Source: a bacterium
GTDB taxonomy: Bacteria; Vulcanimicrobiota; JABDET01
Direction of reading: 5' to 3'
Length of the DNA: 64,000 nt
NCBI GenBank assembly: GCA_021817145.1
Contig: JAKAVV010000007.1
Coordinates: 66,957 to 130,956 of the forward strand
Shown one piece after another: positions 39,473 through 48,656 of this stretch. The position numbers and the translations under genes were made by a program. Position 1 is the first letter of the stretch. Each line of letters starts with the position of its first letter. The notes beneath the pieces were generated by a model. It did no database searches, was not told where the DNA came from, and saw only the letters and a list, made by a program, of their open reading frames with translations.

Positions 39473-40471
39473 ATGGACAGGAATTTAGCTCTTGAAATGG
39501 TTCGAGTCACAGAAGCAGCTGCTTTATCTTCTGCCCGACTGATGGGAAGGGGGAATGAAAAAGCGGCGGATCAGGCGGCTGTTAATGCCATGAGGCGAGC
39601 CTTTAATGATATTTCTTTTTCTGGCACTATTGTGATTGGTGAAGGAGAAAGAGATGAAGCGCCGATGCTGTATATTGGAGAAAAAGTTGGCGCAGGAGAT
39701 GGACCTGAAGTGGATATTGCCGTTGATCCGCTTGAAGGGACAACAATCTGCGCGCGCGGAGGGGATAATGCCCTTTCTGTGATTGCCATTGGAGATAAGG
39801 GGATGTTTTTACACTGCCCTGATGTTTATATGGAAAAGATTGCAGCAGGGAGAGAAGTCGCTCATGCTCTTGATCTTCGAAAATCTCCGACCGAAAATCT
39901 TCAAGCTGTCGCTAAAGCAAAAGGGGAACCTGTTGAAAATTTAACTGTGATTATTTTAGATCGACCTCGACATCAGGAGTTAATAACCGAAGTTCGAAGA
40001 TCAGGCGCCAGAATTCGCTTAATTACAGATGGGGATGTGTCTGGAGCTCTGGCTACCTGCTGGAAAGAGACTGGAGTTGATTTATTAATTGGAACAGGAG
40101 GAGCTCCAGAAGGGGTTTTGGCTGCAGCTGCATTAAGGTGCATTGGTGGGGAAATGCAGGGCAGACTTGTTTTTAGAAATGAAGATGAAAAAGCAAGAGC
40201 GAGAAAAATGGGAATCCAGAATTTTGAGAAGATTTACACAACAGAAGAATTAGCCGGCGGATCAGTCATGTTCTGCGCCACAGGAGTGACCAGCGGAGAT
40301 TTCTTAAAAGGAGTTCGGTTTTTTTCTGGTGGGGCTGAAACTCATTCTGTTGTCATGAGATCAGCCAGCGGCACAGTTCGATTTGTTGAAACAACTCACC
40401 GCTTTGATTTGAAGCCGAATTATGGGTGGGAGTCTGATGCCAATTTAATTTCTTCTGCAAAAAAACGATAG
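39473..40471 (+). CDS. glpX: class II fructose-1,6-bisphosphatase
   Basis: VRVTEAAA, IGEGERDEAPMLYIGE, DPLEGT, DGDV, GGAPEGV. Confidence 0.96.
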   Translation: MDRNLALEMVRVTEAAALSSARLMGRGNEKAADQAAVNAMRRAFNDISFSGTIVIGEGERDEAPMLYIGEKVGAGDGPEVDIAVDPLEGTTICARGGDNALSVIAIGDKGMFLHCPDVYMEKIAAGREVAHALDLRKSPTENLQAVAKAKGEPVENLTVIILDRPRHQELITEVRRSGARIRLITDGDVSGALATCWKETGVDLLIGTGGAPEGVLAAAALRCIGGEMQGRLVFRNEDEKARARKMGIQNFEKIYTTEELAGGSVMFCATGVTSGDFLKGVRFFSGGAETHSVVMRSASGTVRFVETTHRFDLKPNYGWESDANLISSAKKR

Positions 40472-40477
40472 GAGGGT

Positions 40478-41641
40478 ATGATGAATCATCAGAGTTTTAT
40501 TAATCGTGAAAGAATGATCCAACATGTTGAGGATTTGTTCCGTGTTTCCAGCGAATCAAGAGAAGAGAGGGAGATTGCAGTAAAATTAAAAGAAGAATTG
40601 GAGAATTTGGGAGCAGAAGTTTTTGTGGATGATGCGGACAAAGCAGTGAATGGAAATTCGGGAAATGTGATTGCTTATGTAAAAGGGAATAAGCCTGATG
40701 CTCCTCCATTTCTGTTAAGCGCCCACATGGATACTGTTGTTCCAGGAAAAGGGGTTCGCCCTATCAGAAACGGGAAAGTTTTAAAAACCAGCGGGGACAC
40801 TGTGCTGGGTGGAGATGATAAATCAGGATTAAGCATTATTATGGAAGTCTTGCGAACGTTGAAAGAAAAAGATCTGCCTTACGGAGATCTGGAAATTGCA
40901 TTTACCGTTTGTGAAGAAATAGGGCTTTTAGGGGCAAAAGCTCTTGATCCGAAAAGGCTTAAATCAAAAGATGGACTGGTTTTAGACAGCGAGGAAGCCT
41001 GCATTTTGACAACAAAAGGTCCTGCTGCTGTCAGGATGGATGTAGACGTCATAGGGCTTGAATCCCATGCAGGGGTTGCTCCTGAAAAAGGTGTTTCTGC
41101 GATTAAAATAGCGGCTGAAGCGATTTCGAAAATGAAGTTAGGAAGAATTGACAAAGAAACAACGGCTAATATTGGAGTGATTCAAGGAGGAGCTGCTACC
41201 AATATTATCCCTAATCATGTTCATTTAAAAGGTGAAGCCCGAAGTCTTGAACCGGCAAAATTAAAAGTTCAGACCGCCCATATGAAAAAGTGCTTTGAGG
41301 ATGCGGCTAAAAAGTTTTTCGTTAAAACAAAAGGGAAGAAGATTACGGGTAAAGTAAAGCTTGATATTGATCATGATTATACAAGATTAAACCTAAGCAA
41401 AAACAGCCAGGTTGTAAAATTGGGAATTGAAGCTGCGCGGGAACTGGGTTATTCCTTAAAAGAAGGAGCAACAGGAGGAGGAAGCGATGCCAACGTTTAT
41501 AACCTCTGGAAAATTCGCTCCGCTAATTTAGGAACAGGTATGAGAGATATTCATACTGTAAAAGAATGGCTTGATCTGGATGATTTTGAACGATCGGCAA
41601 ATCTCGTTGCCCAGATGATTTTGCTGCATGCCGTTCATTAG
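40478..41641 (+). CDS. M20 family peptidase (peptidase T-like)
   Basis: SAHMDTV, LGGDDKSG, EEIGL.GAK, HAGVAPEKG, GGSDAN, HT..E. Confidence 0.92.
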   Translation: MMNHQSFINRERMIQHVEDLFRVSSESREEREIAVKLKEELENLGAEVFVDDADKAVNGNSGNVIAYVKGNKPDAPPFLLSAHMDTVVPGKGVRPIRNGKVLKTSGDTVLGGDDKSGLSIIMEVLRTLKEKDLPYGDLEIAFTVCEEIGLLGAKALDPKRLKSKDGLVLDSEEACILTTKGPAAVRMDVDVIGLESHAGVAPEKGVSAIKIAAEAISKMKLGRIDKETTANIGVIQGGAATNIIPNHVHLKGEARSLEPAKLKVQTAHMKKCFEDAAKKFFVKTKGKKITGKVKLDIDHDYTRLNLSKNSQVVKLGIEAARELGYSLKEGATGGGSDANVYNLWKIRSANLGTGMRDIHTVKEWLDLDDFERSANLVAQMILLHAVH

Positions 41642-42087
41642 CCTTGAATTTTAGCCTGAGAAGCTTTGAGCTCTTTTTGAAGCGTGTCTAATTCAGCGAG
41701 ATGAGTGTCAGCCTGTTCAGCCAACTTAAGGGCTTGGGCTGAATCTTTTGCCTCCCCTAAAGCGGTAAGAGCTTCTTGATAAAAAGAGAGCGCCTGTATC
41801 AAACAAGAGCATATTGGCGCCAGTTCAGGCAGCGAGTTTTGCGAGTATTTATCAAGCATGGCTTGGGTCAATTCTAATTCCTGATTTAATCGTGATATAA
41901 ATTCATCTTCAGAAATGCTTTGAGCTTCGTATTCTTGAATAAAATCTTGGGTTTTTACATAAAGACTTCCTGACAAAAGAGCGTTATTAGTGAATTTTTG
42001 AAAGGTTTGAAGATTCAAACCGCAGCCAGGGCAGGCTTTCATCTCTGATGATAAAGGAGACCCGCAGCGAAGGCAGGCAGTGATCAT
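41638..42087 (-). CDS. zinc-ribbon helical protein, paralogous to the C-terminal half of 2739-4076
   Basis: CLRCG-x9-CPGC followed by Y....IS..EF...LN, as in the 445-aa protein. Confidence 0.6.
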   Translation of the reverse strand: MITACLRCGSPLSSEMKACPGCGLNLQTFQKFTNNALLSGSLYVKTQDFIQEYEAQSISEDEFISRLNQELELTQAMLDKYSQNSLPELAPICSCLIQALSFYQEALTALGEAKDSAQALKLAEQADTHLAELDTLQKELKASQAKIQG

Positions 42088-42090
42088 TGT

Positions 42091-42912
42091 TTACAGGAAG
42101 AATCCTAATCCTACCCCTAGAGCGCTTCCTAATACAGGAGACATCCCGAGCGACCCTAGAGCAAATGGAGCAAAATCCGAGACCAGCCCTGGAACAATAC
42201 TGGTATAGCGAGAAGTGTTTAATTTGCTTAAATACTGTTCTGTCTGCTGGGTGCTCTGCGCCGCATTTTGTTCTAGCGAATTGAAGTAGTTCTGACTAAA
42301 AATAGATCCTGTATTATTAGCCCCAATCCCTGTTGAAATATTAGAGGGGTTAGATGAGTAGGATCCGCTTGAATAGGATCCACTTGAGTAAGATCCGCTT
42401 GAAACGGCAGGATTGTATGCCTCAGGACTACTTGAATTTTCAAAATTAGTGAACCCTAATAATGGATTGAAAACAGGGCTGATTCCATCACCATCTCCGT
42501 CTCCATCCCCATTCCCAGGGATTGTCCCTGTGGAATTTCCTTCAGAAGCCTGAACATTAACAGCCGGATTATTCTGCCAGTTCTGCCAAGTAATGAGTTC
42601 AGGTGGTTCCCCATTAGGAGATCCCGGCAAGTTTGTGCCAAGAGAATTGTGTCTGAGAGAATAAATATCTCGATTCATTTCCCCTAACTGCTGCCATAAT
42701 TGCTGGGTTTGTCCATAATTAACCTGTCCGGACTGCAGATCTGTTTGTTCAAGCTGCTGGATTTGAGAAAGTTCAGGATTTAAAACCTGCTGCTCAGCCT
42801 GGGTCAGGCTGCCATCTTGGGTGCCTGCTGCAATTCTCTGCTGAAACCACTGAATATTCGCGTTGAGGAAAGGAAGTTGTCCGCCGAAGTTGATGGTAAT
42901 ATTTCCGCTCAT
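42091..42912 (-). CDS. Gln/Ser/Asn-rich low-complexity protein with C-terminal glycine-zipper-like hydrophobic tail
   Basis: QQRIAAG..DGSLT..E helical repeat, GDGDGDGDG, three SSGSY repeats, LGSLGMSPVLGSALGVGLGFFL. Confidence 0.65.
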   Translation of the reverse strand: MSGNITINFGGQLPFLNANIQWFQQRIAAGTQDGSLTQAEQQVLNPELSQIQQLEQTDLQSGQVNYGQTQQLWQQLGEMNRDIYSLRHNSLGTNLPGSPNGEPPELITWQNWQNNPAVNVQASEGNSTGTIPGNGDGDGDGDGISPVFNPLLGFTNFENSSSPEAYNPAVSSGSYSSGSYSSGSYSSNPSNISTGIGANNTGSIFSQNYFNSLEQNAAQSTQQTEQYLSKLNTSRYTSIVPGLVSDFAPFALGSLGMSPVLGSALGVGLGFFL

Positions 42913-42948
42913 ATTTTTTCACCTGAGACTATTTTAGCACATAATTTG

Positions 42949-42986
42949 GAAACAATGTTGAACAAATTGTTAACATTTCTTTAAAA
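42949..42986. promoter_or_regulatory. 10-11-bp-phased (T/G)(T/G/A)AA(C/A)A boxes upstream of 42912
   Basis: GAAACA at 42949, TGAACA at 42959, TTAACA at 42970, TTAAAA at 42981. Same orientation relative to the gene as the array at 5017-5055. Confidence 0.35.
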
Positions 42987-43027
42987 AAAAGTAAATTTTT
43001 TATTGGGTTATAGAGAAAAGTAAAAAT

Positions 43028-43054
43028 TCCCTACCAAACAAGGATTGGTAGGGA
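43028..43054 (-). terminator. intrinsic terminator
   Basis: Perfect 10-bp stem TCCCTACCAA/TTGGTAGGGA followed by a T-rich tract on the minus strand. Confidence 0.65.
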
Positions 43055-43067
43055 TGTCAATCCTTAT

Positions 43068-43211
43068 TCACCAGCTCTTGCTGTTTTTTTCTTCTTTTTG
43101 CAAGCTTTTCTCTAAAAGTTTCTTTTTTTTGTTTGGTATGATTCTCTCGGGAGGACAATTCAGTCTCCCGACTGCCTTTTTTACTTGTTTTGTTTTTGGA
43201 ATTTTTTTCAT
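43068..43211 (-). CDS. small basic protein (47 aa, below the ORF-track cutoff)
   Basis: MKKIPKTKQVKKAVGRLNCPPERIIPNKKKKLLEKSLQKEEKNSKSW*. ATGA-coupled to the upstream stop and ends just before the terminator. Confidence 0.5.
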   Translation of the reverse strand: MKKIPKTKQVKKAVGRLNCPPERIIPNKKKKLLEKSLQKEEKNSKSW

Positions 43212-44260
43212 AAAGATTGGCGGTGTCCTGGCACACGAATAGAGAGGGATGCCATCATTCGGTTTTCGTACTCTGAGTCAATGGGATGCTCTCTCCTATA
43301 AGAGTTAAAGGTCATGATGTTTCTAATGGGTGAGTTCCAATAATCCGCAAAGCGGTAAATGAGACCCAGACGGTCTGCAGATGCTTTTACAAGAAGGGGG
43401 TTTGTCATGTCATCTGTATTGATAGTTTTCAAGTTTTTTCCAGGGGCAGCAGCATTCTCAGACAATGCTTCCTCTGCTGTTTTCCCCGCCATGATGCTGT
43501 TCAGCACCATCGCTGTAGTGGTTCTTCCTTTTCCATGGCTGCAGTGGAAGTAAATTCCTTTTCCAGAAGCAGCGGCTTTTTCGTGGATGGATATGAGCTT
43601 GTCCACTGCTGCAGGGGTGGGAGGCAAGCCATCCAGGATAGGGATGCGGTGGTATTCAATAGGATCTACCCCTTTTGCCGCACGTTCCTTATTCATACGA
43701 TTCACTGCCTCTTCTTCTGTTTCTGCGTTTTTTACACGGATTGTAGATTTTTTAATTTCGCCATTCCGAGAGATATGAAAATAAGTCATTTTTCCCTTTT
43801 TTATCTTGTGGAGAAATAGTTTTTGCTCTGATTCCATAAGCTTTTTCGTTTTGACTCCCGGTTCGGGCAAATTGCTGATATTTGTATGAGCGACTTTGAG
43901 CCATCGATCAGGGGAAACCTTTTCGGGAACCTTTATAAGTCCATGCGGTTCCTGGCGCAGATCTACATCAAATCCGATGGTGTGGTTGTCGAAAATTTGA
44001 CGGAGCTCTTCTGGATCTGGTTGGGATGATCCAGCAATAACGATATTTCCTGTAGGGATGACACGAAAATTTTGCCATTTTCGGTCTTGCTGCCAAAAGA
44101 CGCTCTCGTCCTGTCTGGAAACCTCAAATGCCTCATGCTCGAGATTTTTCAGCTCATTGAGCGATTTGTCCTTTGGGTAAAGGGGAATTCTTACATTTTG
44201 CGGTGAGGTTTCAAGTTTCATATAGACTTTATTATACTCAATAGAATGGAGCGTCTTCAA
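43208..44260 (-). CDS. protein-tyrosine-phosphatase-like inositol phosphatase (PTP-like phytase family)
   Basis: AGSSQP, VDLRQEPHG, YHRIPI.D and P-loop HCSHGKGRTT. Start uncertain. Confidence 0.85.
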   Translation of the reverse strand: MKTLHSIEYNKVYMKLETSPQNVRIPLYPKDKSLNELKNLEHEAFEVSRQDESVFWQQDRKWQNFRVIPTGNIVIAGSSQPDPEELRQIFDNHTIGFDVDLRQEPHGLIKVPEKVSPDRWLKVAHTNISNLPEPGVKTKKLMESEQKLFLHKIKKGKMTYFHISRNGEIKKSTIRVKNAETEEEAVNRMNKERAAKGVDPIEYHRIPILDGLPPTPAAVDKLISIHEKAAASGKGIYFHCSHGKGRTTTAMVLNSIMAGKTAEEALSENAAAPGKNLKTINTDDMTNPLLVKASADRLGLIYRFADYWNSPIRNIMTFNSYRREHPIDSEYENRMMASLSIRVPGHRQSL

Positions 44261-44309
44261 GGTGGAAAAGTTTCCAATATGTTAATTCGTCTTCAAGGGT
44301 TACGCCTGT

Positions 44310-44708
44310 TTAGTTCTCTTTTTCTAGGTAGCGATAAGCCAGGAGAACTGCGGCAAAATCGTCGTAGGGAACAGGGGGAACTTGAAGTCCTAAAGGAATA
44401 AGTTTCCAGATCCCCTTTGGAGGATGGTGTTTAAAATACAATTTTCGGGCAAGATAAGTCGAATTGCGTTCATCTACGCTGATAACAGAGATCCCTTTTG
44501 AGAGAGCGAGAGTTTTTGTTTTAATGTTTTTCGAGCAAGTTCCATCCCCTACCAGGATGATTTCTGGATTCCACTGATTAATCTTTTCAGCAAGTTTTAT
44601 TTCGAAACTGCTGGTTGGAACAACGGCTTGATCTAGAATTGCTTTGTTATCCCCTATCACTGCTAAGCCGCATTTTTCTTTCCCTGGATCAACTGCCAGT
44701 AAAATCAT
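44310..44708 (-). CDS. yqgF: YqgF/RuvX family RNase H-fold nuclease
   Basis: LAVDPG..KCG.A, VDERNST..AR..Y, DDFAAVLLA.RY. Confidence 0.8.
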   Translation of the reverse strand: MILLAVDPGKEKCGLAVIGDNKAILDQAVVPTSSFEIKLAEKINQWNPEIILVGDGTCSKNIKTKTLALSKGISVISVDERNSTYLARKLYFKHHPPKGIWKLIPLGLQVPPVPYDDFAAVLLAYRYLEKEN

Positions 44709-45652
44709 TCTGATGGAATACCGGCATGCCCAACCTGGAATACGACATCCAGTGGACCTGTGATGTAGAGGTCTTTTTTAGCCACTACTCGAACAATGGT
44801 TGGAGCATCAATGGTCTTGATTTCAGCCTTTTTATCCAGAAGAGTGGCGACTAAGATTTTCCCTCCAAAATTATTGGTTGCGGGATCCGGGATCATCCCC
44901 GCTTTTAAAGCGGATTTTTGAACCCTGCTCAATAATTTGAATAGGTCGACTAAAATTTGGTTCCCTGATTGGCTTCCATTGATTTCCATACTGGTGATAA
45001 TCTGTCCTGAGCGAAATACTCTTCTGTTTATGATAAGACCCATTTTTACGGATACAGGTTCCGTAAGATAAGTATTACGGGCTGCAGAGAGAATAACCAC
45101 ATAGCTTTTAGGGGTATTTGAAAGGAACTGAATAACCTGATGATATTTTGCTTTCTTGATAGAAATTAAATGTTCATTCAAGGGGATTTGATTTTCCCCT
45201 TGAAGAGCTCCGATTCGATCATAATCTTTAATGGTTTGCGCATTCGCTTTGTTGAACAAATGCTGCAGTTGAGCGGTGATCGCTTGAACAGACTCTCCTC
45301 CTTGCACAACCCCCATGACAAGAGGTTGGTTTAGGTGAAAAACAAGCTGGCTCTTGGCCGTCACGTTTGTCAGCTGCTGGACTTCATTTTCCAGTTTGTT
45401 TTTAGCTGTTTCAAGGGCATGGACGCCCCATAATGAGATTCGCACATTTCCTGAAACAAGAATAAGAAATCCGATTGTGATAAGGCTGATCGCCATCCCA
45501 TAAAGGAAAGTGAAGATCATGGAGGTATAGCGGGGTCTGATGTTAAAAATCGTCAATCTCTTTTTCCCAAAATATTTACCAATCCGATCTCCAATAAGGG
45601 CGATACCCCCTCCCATAAACATCAAAAACAAAATTTTTGCTAATCCTTCCAT
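44705..45652 (-). CDS. DUF3084 domain protein
   Basis: GG.IA..GDRIG...GKKRLT.F..RPRYT N-terminus. Coupled to yqgF. Confidence 0.8.
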   Translation of the reverse strand: MEGLAKILFLMFMGGGIALIGDRIGKYFGKKRLTIFNIRPRYTSMIFTFLYGMAISLITIGFLILVSGNVRISLWGVHALETAKNKLENEVQQLTNVTAKSQLVFHLNQPLVMGVVQGGESVQAITAQLQHLFNKANAQTIKDYDRIGALQGENQIPLNEHLISIKKAKYHQVIQFLSNTPKSYVVILSAARNTYLTEPVSVKMGLIINRRVFRSGQIITSMEINGSQSGNQILVDLFKLLSRVQKSALKAGMIPDPATNNFGGKILVATLLDKKAEIKTIDAPTIVRVVAKKDLYITGPLDVVFQVGHAGIPSE

Positions 45653-45752
45653 TATGCTTGCTCTCTATTAAAAATTCATCCGATTTTCCAGGAATCCTTG
45701 GAGGGATTTGAATCTTGAATCGAATTTATCTTGCTGGAGGATGATATGTCCC

Positions 45753-46232
45753 ATGATTGAAACCCATTCGTTTGAACAGACTCAGGAATTAGGTGAAAAG
45801 ATAGCAGCTTTTTTAACTCCAGGAACTGTGCTTGGATTAAAAGGGGAACTTGGCTCAGGGAAAACCACTTTTATTCAGGGGATCTGTAAAGGTCTGAGAG
45901 TTTCTGAACAAGTAGTGAGCCCAACCTTTGTGCTGATGCATGTGTATAAAGGGAGGATTCCTGTTTATCATTTTGATCTTTATCGCCTGGGTCCTAAAGA
46001 TTTTCCAGATTTAGGGTGGGAAGATTATTTGTGCGGGAATGGTGTTTCTCTGCTGGAATGGATTGATCGGACAGAAAACCATTTCCCTTTTCCACATCTG
46101 GAAATTTCGATTGATTATGGAGAAGAAACGAATTGCAGAATATTTTCTTTTACTCCAAAAGGAGGGGGTTTTGAATGGCTTCCTCAATTCTTTGAAGAAG
46201 CATCTTTATTGAACTCAAAAGGAGAAAAGTGA
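45753..46232 (+). CDS. tsaE: tRNA threonylcarbamoyladenosine biosynthesis ATPase TsaE
   Basis: GELGSGKTT, SPTF, HFDLYRL, LLEW. Confidence 0.94.
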   Translation: MIETHSFEQTQELGEKIAAFLTPGTVLGLKGELGSGKTTFIQGICKGLRVSEQVVSPTFVLMHVYKGRIPVYHFDLYRLGPKDFPDLGWEDYLCGNGVSLLEWIDRTENHFPFPHLEISIDYGEETNCRIFSFTPKGGGFEWLPQFFEEASLLNSKGEK

Positions 46233-46357
46233 TGAAAAACCTCCCTGTGCCAAGATTAGATAAAAACCCTGATTTAAGAAAACATCTTTTAAAGTACTGC
46301 AGATTCAAAGACAGAACAGCAGCCCGTTTGAACAAGAGGTTCAACAAGAGGGGCTAG
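46232..46357 (+). pseudogene. 41-codon ORF, possibly the N-terminal remnant of a DNA methyltransferase
   Basis: GGAG RBS and MKNLPVPRLDKNPDLRKHLLKYCRFK.... Resembles, from memory, the PRL....LR..LL.YCRL N-terminus of a methyltransferase family. Confidence 0.3.
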
Positions 46358-46358
46358 C

Positions 46359-47039
46359 ATGAATCTTTTAGCGTTTGATACTTCAACTGATGTCGGAAGT
46401 GTGGCTCTTGTTCAAGATGGAATTCTTTTGGCAGAGCAGATGATTCGCTCTCCCATGAATTTACTGACATGGCTTTCTCCGACGATTCAGAAAATGTTAA
46501 AAGAAGCGGGTATTTCCCCCGATAAGCTGAATGGTCTGGCTGTTGGGATTGGTCCGGGATCTTTTACTGGAATTCGTCTGCAGATGTCAACAGCCCGCGC
46601 TTTTGCTCAAGTTCGAAAAGTACCTTTATATGGAATTTCAGGGCTTGAAACCCTTGCCTATCAGATTCTGCCTTATCGAGGTTATATTTTATCCTGTATT
46701 GATGCGAGAAGAGGGGAATTGTTTTACGGCATTTTTGAAGCCAATGGGGATGCTTTAACCATAAAGGAGGAGTTTGGCTGTCTTCCTCCGGACAGGGTTC
46801 TCGAAAAAGCGCAGAAATATCAGGGAGAGTGGATTATTGTGGGAGAGACTAACCCATATCTGGAGTTTTTGCTGAAAGGGCTGCCTCACTCTTTGTATGC
46901 CGATAGGATTGGAATAATAAGAGCTTCTACGATAGGGATTTTAGCTTATCAGAAGAAAGATCAATTAAATGGGGATCCTTTTTCAGTTCAGCCGCTTTAT
47001 TTGAGAGCTTCGAACGCGGAAATAGAAAAAAGAGCCTAA
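46359..47039 (+). CDS. tsaB: tRNA threonylcarbamoyladenosine biosynthesis protein TsaB
   Basis: LAFDTST, GPGSFTGIR, DARRGE, PLYLR. Confidence 0.94.
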   Translation: MNLLAFDTSTDVGSVALVQDGILLAEQMIRSPMNLLTWLSPTIQKMLKEAGISPDKLNGLAVGIGPGSFTGIRLQMSTARAFAQVRKVPLYGISGLETLAYQILPYRGYILSCIDARRGELFYGIFEANGDALTIKEEFGCLPPDRVLEKAQKYQGEWIIVGETNPYLEFLLKGLPHSLYADRIGIIRASTIGILAYQKKDQLNGDPFSVQPLYLRASNAEIEKRA

Positions 47040-47066
47040 AAAAGTAGGAAGAAGAAGATCTTGGCT

Positions 47067-47612
47067 ATGTCAGATATTTTAAAAGTTTCAATTCAACCCC
47101 TTGTGGAAAGCGATCTGGATGAAGTGATGGCTATTGAAAAACAAACTTTTAAAACTTATTGGCCCTCTACCGCTTTTTTAAATGAAATATCAAACAATCG
47201 GCTTGCTTTTTACTTTGCGGCTCGGCATGAAAACGTATTGGTTGGTTATACAGGGATCTGGGTTGTTCTGGATGAAGCTCATATTACAACCATTGCTGTC
47301 CACCCTGAATATAGAGGGAAAAAGATTGGAGACCAGCTCCTGTTTCATCTCATGACATTTGCTTCTTCAAAAGGGGCGAGATGGGCGACTCTTGAGGTTA
47401 GAGAATCCAATCTGTCTGCTCAGAATCTGTATAAAAAGTACGGATTTATATCTGTTGGAATCAGGAAAAATTATTATATGGAAGAAAGTGAAAATGCCGT
47501 CATCATGTGGGCGGGAAATTTGAGAGGAGAAAATTTTAAATTAAAACTTCAAAAATTGAAGGAGTCTCTGGAAAAAGGTGAATCTAACCTTCAAGAGATG
47601 CAGCAGACATGA
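47067..47612 (+). CDS. rimI: ribosomal protein S18 alanine N-acetyltransferase
   Basis: DEAHITTIAVHP.YRG..IG, TLEVRESN..AQ.LY.KYGF...G.RKNYY. Lies between tsaB and tsaD. Confidence 0.92.
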   Translation: MSDILKVSIQPLVESDLDEVMAIEKQTFKTYWPSTAFLNEISNNRLAFYFAARHENVLVGYTGIWVVLDEAHITTIAVHPEYRGKKIGDQLLFHLMTFASSKGARWATLEVRESNLSAQNLYKKYGFISVGIRKNYYMEESENAVIMWAGNLRGENFKLKLQKLKESLEKGESNLQEMQQT

Positions 47613-48613
47613 TAAGTTTTGGAATTGAAACCAGCTGTGATGAAACTTCAGTCGCTTTTGTTGAAGATGCCGTTAAAATAAAGGTGAATTTAATTTCATC
47701 TCAGGTGAAGATCCATCAAGAATATGGAGGGGTTGTTCCTGAGATCGCTTCTCGCAAACACCTGGAAAATATTAATGTTTTGATTGATCAGGCTTTGGAG
47801 CAAACAGGAATATCCTGGGATCAGGTTGATTTAATTTCAGCTACAAAAGGACCAGGATTGGTTGGAGCTTTACTGGTGGGTGTGGCAGCAGCCAAAAGTT
47901 TGTCTGTTGCATTAGATCTTCCATTGATTGGAGTCAATCATCTGGTTGCTCATGTTTATGCCAACTTTTTAGAGCATCCTGATCTGCGGTTTCCTTTCCT
48001 TGCTCTGATTGTTTCAGGAGGACATACTTGTCTGGTGGAAATGAAAGAGCATTTTTCCTGGAAAACACTCGGCGCAACTCGTGATGATGCAGCAGGGGAG
48101 GCTTTTGACAAGGTGGCACGGATCTTGGATTTGGGGTATCCAGGCGGACCAGTGATTGATCAATTGGCGAAAAAAGGGGATCCTGAAAAAATCCGATTTC
48201 CACGTAGTTATTTAGAACCCGATTCTCTAGGTTTCAGCTACAGCGGATTAAAAACATCTGTGATGAATGCTCAAAAAAGAGGAGATTTAAAGGGTTTTCG
48301 CATTGAAGATATCGCTGCTTCTTTCCAGGAAGCAGTGGTGGATCCTCTGGTTGAAAAAACCAGAAGAGCTGTGTTGAAAACTGGAATCAAGCAGGTTTTA
48401 CTGGCAGGTGGAGTGGCTTGCAACAGCCGTTTAAGAGAGCGATTAAAACAGGCTTCCGAAAAATTTGATTTTGCGCTGTATTATCCAAGTCCAAAGCTCT
48501 GCACAGACAATGCGGCAATGATTGCCTGCGCGGGCAGTTTTTTATATCAAAAAGGGGTTCGGGAAGATCTGGGCATGGATGTGATTCCTCAATTGGAAGG
48601 TTTTTTGAATTGA
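47609..48613 (+). CDS. tsaD: tRNA N6-adenosine threonylcarbamoyltransferase TsaD
   Basis: GIETSCDET, GGVVPEIASR.H, NHL.AH, SGGHT, DDAAGEAFDK, CTDNAAMIA. Confidence 0.97.
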   Translation: MISFGIETSCDETSVAFVEDAVKIKVNLISSQVKIHQEYGGVVPEIASRKHLENINVLIDQALEQTGISWDQVDLISATKGPGLVGALLVGVAAAKSLSVALDLPLIGVNHLVAHVYANFLEHPDLRFPFLALIVSGGHTCLVEMKEHFSWKTLGATRDDAAGEAFDKVARILDLGYPGGPVIDQLAKKGDPEKIRFPRSYLEPDSLGFSYSGLKTSVMNAQKRGDLKGFRIEDIAASFQEAVVDPLVEKTRRAVLKTGIKQVLLAGGVACNSRLRERLKQASEKFDFALYYPSPKLCTDNAAMIACAGSFLYQKGVREDLGMDVIPQLEGFLN

Positions 48614-48656
48614 CGCAGAGAAAGAAACCCATGGAGAAAAAAATAAAATAAAAACA

